Shown here one piece after another: positions 53,420 through 64,000 of a stretch of 64,000 bases of DNA. The position numbers were made by a program, and so were the translations under genes. Source of the stretch: the human T2T-CHM13v2.0 reference genome, Homo sapiens; the NCBI RefSeq assembly GCF_009914755.1, contig NC_060931.1; one strand, 5' to 3'. The notes beneath the pieces were generated by a model. That model saw only the letters and a list, made by a program, of their open reading frames with translations, was not told where the DNA came from and did no database searches. Position 1 is the stretch's first letter. Each line of letters begins with the position of its first letter.

Positions 53420-54005
53420 TGTCTAATTTTTTAATCCCAAATACTTATATATTTAAAAATTTGGATTTTTCTTTTCAAATTTCAGGAAGTAATACATGCA
53501 TGTGCCGGAAATTATGTAAGAACACAAAAACTCTGGGGAAACCCTGTAGTCAAACATATTAGTATTTCTGCAGTGCAACTTATGATGATGTTTGGCTAGA
53601 TAAAGGAATACTGTAGGAGTTTATTTTTATAGTAAAACACTTGTACATGAAATACAGGGAAAATAAAGACTATCCACATTCTAGTACTTCTTATTTCTAT
53701 GAAAAATATTTTGTTAAAATTCGACCTAGTAAAGTTCGAATGTAAGCCAAATATCTCTCTATATTACAGCATTTGGTTGCCGCTGAGTCTTGAATAGGTG
53801 GATACATCATAATGATATTAGCATTGCCAGCAGGTTGTATTTGGGCATTTGATGATGGGTTAAGTTTATGATTCTTAAGTGATAATGCAGCAGCTGAGAA
53901 TGGGATTTATCACTAAATGAGTTTGAGCACTAGATTTAGGTGAGAAAATATCAGTTTTTACAGCTTTTCAGATTGAGGTCTGAGAATGAAGAATTATGTA
54001 TATAC
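53420..54005. mobile_element. Ancient Tigger-family element (Tigger12-like), degenerate
   Basis: CCCTGTAGTCAAACATATTAGTATTTCTGCAG, AAATAAAGACTAT and CAGTTTTTACAGCTTTTCAGATT resemble remembered old Tigger MITE blocks. Confidence 0.45.
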
Positions 54006-54637
54006 TATATAATTAGATAAAAGTAAAACATTTTATAATTTCACTTTAGATCACTGGTACATAAACAGTTAAATAAGTAATTGGACTTTTTGGACTGTTT
54101 TACTTATTAATGAAAAAGTCATAGGGATATGTAATTTGTCACATTCTCTTTAGTTTTCTATCGTTATTTTAACTGAGCAAATCCTGCACATGTGGATCAA
54201 AGTAGCTAAGAATAAAATTAGATTTTGATATTTAAGTTTTTTCAGTAATCAGCATGGTTCAAACATCTGGAAAAATTAGAATTTTTTTATATTTATATGT
54301 AATGTGTTTATGTATGAGAATAAATATCTATAATTAATTCACATGGATGTTTCCATCATAAGGATATATTTATACCTATATATATAAATGTGAAAAATAT
54401 ATATTTGTTAATTAAACAAACACACATCCAGCATATACCAAAGTCCTAAAAGGAACTTGATCAAAAAAATGAAAACAAAATTGGTATATCTTGTGTGCGA
54501 TTAGGGCTGTGATTTTATTTTTAGTTGATATCAGAAGGAAGATGGCTACACATATGGATATATGAGTGGCTTAATTGGGATTGCATTTAGCTAACTACCG
54601 ATATAATGGTTCTCTTGTTATTTTTAAAAAAAAATCA

Positions 54638-54839
54638 GGCCTGTGCAGTGACTCACGCCTGTAATCCCAGCACCTTGGGAGGCTGAGGCGGGTAGATCAT
54701 TTGAGGTCAGGAGTTCGAGACCAGCCTGGCCAACATGGTGAAACCCCACCTCTACGCAAAATACAAAAATTAGCTGGGCATGGTGGTGTGCGCCTATAAT
54801 CCCAGTTACTCAGGAGTCTGAGGCAGGAGAATTGCTTGA
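54638..54839 (+). mobile_element. AluS, 3'-truncated (no tail, no TSD)
   Basis: Left monomer and A-linker intact; the sequence stops at GAGAATTGCTTGA. Confidence 0.9.
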
Positions 54840-55659
54840 TATCTGCCATATGCCATACCCTTCACCTACGGAAGTGTCCTAGTCTCTGAAAATTGGTTCC
54901 AAAATTAGAACTATTGAGACCTTGTATTCCTAGCACCTGTAACAAATTTCAAAACTGATAAGAATGAAGAATTCCAAATGTCTGATCTAAACCAAATGCA
55001 ACTGGTTTGAAATTAATTATTGCATCTTATTAATAAAACTAATCTCAATAATTTTCTAAGGTTTTATAAAATGTTAAGTAGTTTTAGCTCTTATTGGGAT
55101 GATGGAAAAATTTAATTCAAAGGTTACCAAATTTAGAGAGGGATTTCAAAAAACTGACAAGTGCTTACCTCCTTATTTTAATTGAAAAAAATCTTAATCA
55201 GAGAAACCACGTGCCTGATAGATCTCTTTGAACTGTGTCTAGAGCTGGAACTTTTCTAAATGTAAGGAAAAAGCCATTAATTATCTTTACAATGAGATTT
55301 GATTAAGTAAAAGAGAAATTGAAAGAATACACATATTTGCTGCATAAAGCTGCCTTTCATTTATAAACTCACTTGTTATGTTCAACAAGGCCCTCCTGGT
55401 TCCTCCAAAAGCAAAATCCCCTACTCTCCATAGGTACAGGCCTCTCATTTCTGTTTACCTTATCTAGACTAAACACACTGGCTGAATGCGTTTATGTAGT
55501 CCCAAAAGGCTGTCAAAGTTATTCGGGTTTATGTAGCATAGCAGTTTTGGCAAACTCACCATGAGTCTACTTAGCAGAGGAAGCGGAATAATGGATCCAG
55601 TTCTACTAACCATGAATCCAGTTAGCAGAGGAAAAAGAGTAACAGATAATGTTTAACAA

Positions 55660-55880
55660 AGATGGGATTTAGGATTAGACAGTTTTTCACTGAAATCTCT
55701 GCTCTACATTGTGACACTGGGAAAAATAAACCTCTTTATGTCTTGATTTTCTCGGCTGCAAAGTGGGGCTAATAGTACCCTTTATACACTAATTTTGAGT
55801 ATTAAATGGGATAATATAAAATACTCAGCAAAATACCTGGAATAGTTAGGTGTTTAATAAATAGTAGTTATTTTTATTGC
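55660..55880 (+). mobile_element. MIR SINE
   Basis: TTTTCTCGGCTGCAAAGTGGGGCTAATAGTACCC...GAGTATTAAATGGGATAATAT...TACCTGGAATAGTTAGGTGTTTAATAAATAGTAGTTATT. Confidence 0.75.
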
Positions 55881-55997
55881 AATAATAAATACAGTAATCC
55901 TCAATGCAGGGCTCTGAAGAGGTTTTCTGGTAGTCATTGAAGTTACAGAAAATAGTGACCCAAGTTAAAAGTTGATCTATAATACAGAGGGTATGTG

Positions 55998-56680
<683 letters not shown>

Positions 56681-59600
56681 CTGTGCAAATAACTTAAACA
56701 GATAGCAGGACAATATTACAGTTATGATTGATCTGTTTGACAACAACATCATTATTAATTCGTGTTTCTGGTCATGGAGCCGCATCCTTCACCGTGAACA
56801 TCACTGGAGGCAGGGGCTGGCGATGCGGAGCACTGGAGCAGGCTTCTCTAGTGGCGGGAAAGAAATGCTGAGCCCTGTGGGGATTGGCCCCCTGGTTTCC
56901 CGTCACTGAAAACTTTCTATCCTTTTTAAGATGTTCGAAACAACTAAAGTCACAGCAATCTAATGCTGTGTTGACTTCTCAGTATCAAATCTTCGATAAA
57001 CTTGGGAAAGTAAGTTTGTTCTTTTCCAATTCAAGAGAACATCTGTAGGCAAAGTGCCAAAATGGACAGTTTGCAATCTTGTTCTTTTGCTCCTTACTCT
57101 TCCATCCATGTGGATTTCTAGACATGATATAGATACATTTTTCCAAATGGAGCAGATGAGATGAGAAATATTTTATTTTAAATGGAAATACCTAGAAGTT
57201 AAATACCGGTTACAACAAACCGTCTTTTGTCTTCAGAGTATCTGTTATTCCCCCATATCCTCCAAAGAGCATCTACAACAGCACGTCTGTCTGCCTCAGA
57301 AATGCAGTCACGTGGGTGATGGGATGGGAAAAAGGTTGTATTATATAATCAATTAATTTACTTACCTGTTATTGACTGGAAATAAGCACAGTTGAAACAA
57401 AATGATATTGAGAGCAAGTTGGATTGATAAGTAAACATTGTGAGCCCTTGATGCTCCTCCTCAGGACTTAAGGAAAAGTTGCCTAGGAATTTTGTGGCCA
57501 AGCAATTTGGAAATCTATTTTATCTACTTGGGTTGCTGCTTCTAACATTCAGCTGATGCGCTACGAGTTCTGCCAAATTATTTAGGCAGCATCTCTCTTT
57601 AGAAAATGAAGTCAGTGTTTAGATGGCATTTAGTCTAACCCCACTGGTTAAAACTGAATTGATCAAACTCAATTTAACGTTGTCCTGCTGGTGTTTTTCT
57701 AAAATAGCAAATAATTGATTTTTGCACTAGAAACATATTGTTCAGGGCTTCAATATGACTAGTGATGAGCAGACAAGCAACAATAAGGTGAAGTTTTGAT
57801 TACACATGTGATGCCCAACACTTCAAATTTTATCCGTTTTAAGTTTCAGGATGAGATAATAGATTTTTCTTAAGTTGTATCATGATTGGGTGAGATAATT
57901 TATAGAAAGCAGAAAGAGTGGTTCAATAATTGGATGAGAAGATAATCAAAGGGCATAGATAATAATAGTAGAGGAAGAAAATAAGAGATTAAGTGAATGT
58001 TTTCAAAAATCAAAGTTGAAAATAATGGAGACATAAATAGAATAAAAGTGCATTTGCAGTGGATCTATGAGAAATTATTTGCCTGCTATTCAAAAAGATT
58101 ATTTGCTGTCAAAATTAATTTGGCTATTTTTCCTATGGTCAAAATAAATTAAACTTTTTGAAAAAAAGCTGAGGCTGATCTGTGACAAAGAAGATCCAAA
58201 TGGCTTGTGGAACTTAATCCCTGATCTGCTTGAGCTACAATGTCACAAAGCAGATAACTGAATAGTTTTGCTTTCATTCAGATACATGCTATGTTTTAGA
58301 ACAAATCTGAGTTTTCAGAGAAGGCCTCCCCCAAATTAACAAACTTCATTTTATACTTAGCAGTAACTGAAGCTTAAAGTTGTATCATTCCTAAAGGGAG
58401 ATCAATTATGAAGATTCTGAAGATAAGTGGAGGGGGGATAGCTCTGTATTTTAAAAGCAATATCCAGGCCTTTGCTTAGAGGTAGCTTAATAAACCATTC
58501 TTTAGTCCAGGAGTTTATTAGAAAATGTAATTTAAAAATAACATTGCCATGAGCTTGCCAAAAGGTAACTAATTGTAAAACCCTTTCATTCATCAGAGGT
58601 GGTGGTGGAGGTAGGGAAACAAATCCAGCGTGTAAGAACTGGCGAGTATACACTGTGAGCTTCGCCTCAGGATATAATGGGCTCTGTAATGAGAAAGAAA
58701 ACAAAGTTGCTCTGTATTTTCTCCAGATAGCACCCTAGATCTCTAAAACAAAGGGTTTTTCTTGCATAGCATATATTAAATATATCATAACTTTAGATTT
58801 CTGGTATGGTAATAAAAATGCCTTACAGCACAGAAAATGCTTTAAAACCACTTTATAAAGAGCAATATAATTATATAAATACCAATTTTCAAGTATGGTA
58901 TTTATTATCATTTGCATAATATGTTATGTTTAAGACTAGGTTTGGCCAGTGCTTTGTGGGTTTAAAATGACAACTCTTTTATATTTAAACAACTTATAAA
59001 AGTGTCCTTAAATAAAGATACAATATAGGTTGGAGAGAGTCTGTGAGGAACCCAATGCAGAAGAAGGAGTTCAGACAAACCATATCCTTCTGAAATTCAT
59101 GTATACAACACTATAAATTAGAATCTCACCTTGATAACTTCTGTTTTAAATTACAACTTCTTTTTTTAGTTTTTCTAGAGTAGTGTTATAAAGGGCTAGC
59201 TCATCATACTATCTGTTACTTCATCCTAGCATGTTGGTACAAGAAAAAAAAAGAGAGTTATAACTCCTATGACTGGTTGCCTACTTGATAATAAAATGAA
59301 TGTGTAAGAAGCAGCCTAAGGAAGAATATTTTATTAGATCAATTAATATTGTAGAGGAGTTTTGTTCCTGGGTTAATCATTGGTATGAACTCTTAGCTTA
59401 TAGTTAAGGTTTGGGGCGAGTCTTAAAAATGACTTGGAAAGGACACCTCTGTTCTTTATTCTCTCTCAAGGACTTTAACTCAGAATTATTCAATTTGGCA
59501 CCTGGAGATTTCTCAAGTAACACATTAGCCAAAGAAATTGTAGGAAGCGTTCCTTTTGAGGGTGTTTTCACTCCTTTTTCCTAGAAATTTTTGAAGATGA

Positions 59601-59786
59601 AGAAACACAAGAACAGCCAGATACCCTCTCAGTTGTATTAATCAGAGCTATTTTAAATTAAAAACAATATAAAATACAATTTAATATAAATGCAATCTAG
59701 ATATTTGCTGCTCCCTCTAGCCCTTCTTTTTTTTTTTTTTTTTTTTCTCAAAGGGTCACCTTTGCTAACCCATGAGATGGTCTTAC

Positions 59787-60241
59787 TGAGGTAGGAGGCG
59801 GGGCTCAACTCCCAAGCAGTTTGAAGACTGGCTGAAATAAGGAAGAGGTGGAAGCACCTCTCCATAAGACAGGCCAACTCACCAGCACTGTGACAGTTTA
59901 CCATTGCCATGTCAACACTCACACGTAACCACTCCTTTCCATGGCAATGACCCTGAAGTTACCACCCTTTTCTTGGAAAATTCTGAATAACCCACTCCTT
60001 AATTTGCCTGTAATTTAAAGTGGTTATACATATGACTGTAGAACTCTCCCTGAGTGGCTCCTCTCCACACACTGCCTATGGGGTAGCCCTCCTCTGCAGG
60101 AGCAGTCACCGAGCTGTTACACTGTGGCCTCAATCCACCTGTTTTCTTCTATTACTAGCTTGCTGTTGAATTCTTTCCCGAGTGAAACCACAAACCCTCT
60201 CGGGAAGAGCCCCAGTTTTGGGGCTTGCCTGACCTGCATCA
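59787..60241 (+). mobile_element. MER66-family ERV1 solo LTR
   Basis: TGAGGTAGGAGGCGGGGCTC...CAGTTTACCATTGCCATG...ACTGCCTATGGGGTAGCCCT...TTTTGGGGCTTGCCTGACCTGCATCA; perfect 4-bp TSD TTAC (59783-59786 / 60242-60245). Confidence 0.9.
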
Positions 60242-60506
60242 TTACTACCTAGTTTGTATGCATGATCTCTGTCCCTGCAGAATCCTGGCTACTGAATTGT
60301 GGCTCTCTGTTGATTGCAGTGGTACTAGTGACTCTGTGTTCTATGCTACCTGATAAACTCATTCCCCTCTCTTCTGGAGATCTGCAAAAAATGTGGTAGG
60401 AATGATCTCCTTCCACTCTTCTCTTTGCCTTACCAACCTTTCCATAGACAGGTTTGTGCAATGTTACAAGTGATTTAAAATGTGAAACTGACAAAGATTG
60501 TTGATC

Positions 60507-60703
60507 CAGCTAAGGGTTTTCAGACTACGATAGGTATATGTTATTGAATCATGGACAATTTTGTGGATTGTTACAAGTTTAGAAACATTAAAATTAAGAG
60601 ACTAAAAAATATTAGAGTTCATTGTACACAGAAAGAGTAACTATACTTTTGCAAGATTTTTTGTTCCATCTGTACATACAGAATGTATTTCTTACTGTGG
60701 GTT
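60507..60703. mobile_element. MER112-like hAT-Charlie MITE (resumes at ~61411-61425 after the MLT1)
   Basis: AAATATTAGAGTTCATTGTACAC...GAATGTATTTCTTACTGTGGGT, then GTCAACCAAACTTT after the LTR. Confidence 0.6.
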
Positions 60704-61405
<702 letters not shown>

Positions 61406-63029
61406 GGATTGTCAACCAAACTTTAGTCTATGGCCCTGTTAGCTTGGACTTCTTTTTAGTGTGCAAGAAAGGCATCTGATGTTTTAAAGTGTTCAGAAGA
61501 CAGTGACACTCAGAGGCTTCTCTTGTCTTTTCCTGCATATCCTGCCTTTAACCGAAGGGCTTTGCAGCAAGTAAATCCCTTCTTCCATCTTTCTGTGTGA
61601 CAACATCACACCCTTCCGTAAGGAAGAGGTACCACTTTTCAGTTACATCCTAATGAGGAGTATTTCTGTCTTCCATAGAAGAACATCTACTTCTTAATTA
61701 TTTCCAGAGCCTTTCACTTTCTAATAGTGTCTGAGACTTTAGCTCAGCATTCACCGATTGATCATTTGTCCCCCTGCAATTTCCTGGGCTCCTGTTCAGT
61801 GAGAACTGGTAAATTATCCTCAATTCTTTCAGCTTTCTCAGTAGAGAAAGCCACGGACTCACTAATTATTTTACTAATATTTATAAGGACACATCTCGAA
61901 GATAAGTATTGTTTTGTTTTTCAAAGATGATACACTGTAAATTATGCTTTGTTTGTTTGTTTTTCTCCAGCTTATCTATAGGTTTGGTCATGTCTCACAC
62001 TAAACATCATAGATGTTGACGTCTGCCCTCTCTGTTTCCAGCAGAATCACACTATCTTGGATTAAATATTATTAATTCTCATAATATATCTGATAGAAGG
62101 CTGGGAGTATGAGGCAAAATACCAATTCTTTGCCACAAGATAAAAATAGAATGGTATTAAGATTCTGGTTGAACCTGGTTCAATGAAACCTACTCAGGTC
62201 TGATAACAGTATGTAAACACATGCTTGTGAATTAGAAAATACCTGAGAGAAAATATATCTAATTCTCTAATGAATTAATACTGCTTTTGTGGAGAGGAAG
62301 AAAAGGACACGAAGAAACCTTATAATTTAAAATCTAGGTTAGTATTTTAAATATTAGGCATGGTAAATATTTTGCTTTGAACTGAAACTTGAAAAAACAC
62401 AGCTATTGTTGAAGACTTTCTTAATAATATTATATTAATTTAATATAGAAAAGGAATAGAAACGTTAAATCTCAAGAGAAACAGGTGGAGTAAAGATGCA
62501 CATAATTACTTACTATTGTATAAAAAGAATAGTCTTACCTCTCATTCTATTCATATTTACTTTAAAATTATTTCCTGCCTATTATGTGCCAGGCTGTCTG
62601 TTTGTGCTGAAGAGGTAACTGTGAAGAAGACAGGTGAGGTTTCTGATCTTTTGAAGTATATGGTTGATAAATGTATCCTTTTATGTTTTAACATTAAAAT
62701 CTCCTGAATTTTAGTGTAAGAGCTTTGCATCTCAGAGATATTCTATGGTTCATATATTAATTCTGACCTAGTTTGACATTGTGAGGAATTCAACTTTCTT
62801 GAGGAATGTTGATAATAGGGACATGACCAATATGATTGTGTGATTTGAATCAATATCAGGACTCATAACCCATTCATATTAGCTACATCCTTTTAATTGG
62901 TTTAATAATTGTGAAAGAAATACTTAAATGCTTAGTGATTATAAAAATGTGAACTAATTCAGGAGGATATGCAATACATGTGTGCAGTTCATTTCTCTTT
63001 ACCCAGTTGCATTTTCTTCTCCAGGGATC

Positions 63030-63445
63030 TTTCATGAAATCATGAGTAGTTCTAGCTTGATCTTTTATAATCACTGTATGGTATTCCAATATAGAAATAT
63101 AGCCTGATATATTTAAACATGTATTATTTAAAATTCTACAATATTATAGGCAATTCTATAATATTGTGAATGATATTACGGTGATCATCCTTGTATGTAT
63201 ATCTTTGCACACAAATGCTCAGAGTTTTAGTTGGCTATATTAAGTGGGATACTGAGTGACAGTCAGTAGATTTAAAATTATGATGGATGGTAGTACCCGC
63301 TAAAATACCCTCAAACTTTTAGACTAAGCAACAACATGAATACTAATTTTCTTACAACTGAAGAAAACACTTATTATTGCATGCTTTTAGCTTTTGAGAT
63401 TCAAATGAGTAGTGAATAATTTATTAATTTGTGTTTCCCTTATTA
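63030..63445 (-). mobile_element. Old L1ME-type fragment
   Basis: CACTGTATGGTATTCCAATATAGAAATATA...CATCCTTGTATGTATATCTTTGCACAC resembles the antisense of an old L1 ORF2 end/3'UTR. Confidence 0.55.
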
Positions 63446-64000
63446 TCGATATGGCCCACAAGTGAGAAGGGAAATAAAATAAATTAATTCTGCTCAATGG
63501 AGAATCAGGTTGCAATGAATTTCATTCATGCTGATCCCTTAATGGGGAAGAGCAAGTGCTATGAAAGCTCCTCACTGGTGAGAGAGACAAATTCATAGGC
63601 ATTACTTCTTAACAGTGCAAAATCCTACCACCTGCAATTAATTATAATTTGAACCTTGTATAGATTTATGTATATTTCTCACTTATTTTTGTTGTGATAT
63701 TCTATTAGACAGAAACTCCAGGGCAATAAAAAACTAATCTTGCTCATGAATTTAAGGGAGTGTGATTAATTTTGCTTGCTGTGGTTCTCAGGTAGACAAC
63801 CTACATTAAACTTTGAATGTTTGTTTCCGTTCCAAATTTTCTAATTATTTTTTAACTTCAAATTGTTGTTATATTTTATTATTAAGTAGCTTTCAGCATC
63901 TATGAATAAATCTTATTATTCTTACCTTTATTAATACTTGAAATTACATTACTTCATTGTTAAAATCTTCTGAAGTAAATTCAGGATCATTTTTAATAAA

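Noticed and set aside
61950-62042. Two acceptor-like pyrimidine tracts (TTTTTCTCCAG, CTCTCTGTTTCCAG)
   Set aside because: No clear matching donor or ORF; such motifs are frequent by chance.

Overview
AT-rich, CpG-depleted non-coding primate (probably human) genomic DNA, either intergenic or deep intronic, made largely of transposable-element fossils. I found no credible host protein-coding gene, RNA gene or CRISPR array; every ORF with recognisable protein similarity lies inside a decayed element. Main components: (1) a full-length ~6.1 kb minus-strand L1PA3-type LINE-1 with a 15-bp target-site duplication (TSD), inactivated ORF1/ORF2/ORF0 and the ~129-bp ZNF93-target segment retained; (2) a complete LTR-internal-LTR MST (MaLR) provirus; (3) four THE1, two further MST, four MLT1, one MLT2 and several ERV1/ERVL solo LTRs; (4) a near-full-length Tigger1 plus MER44, MER63A, MER96B and MER112 DNA transposons; (5) nine Alus and old L1M, L2 and MIR fragments. 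I did not find a new biological system. The most unusual structures are a triplicated target site carrying two L1MA insertions (one twin-primed), a ~105-bp nested palindrome with non-repetitive ends, several dateable nested insertions and a 3'-truncated Alu. Subfamily names come from remembered consensus sequences and need RepeatMasker/Dfam confirmation.
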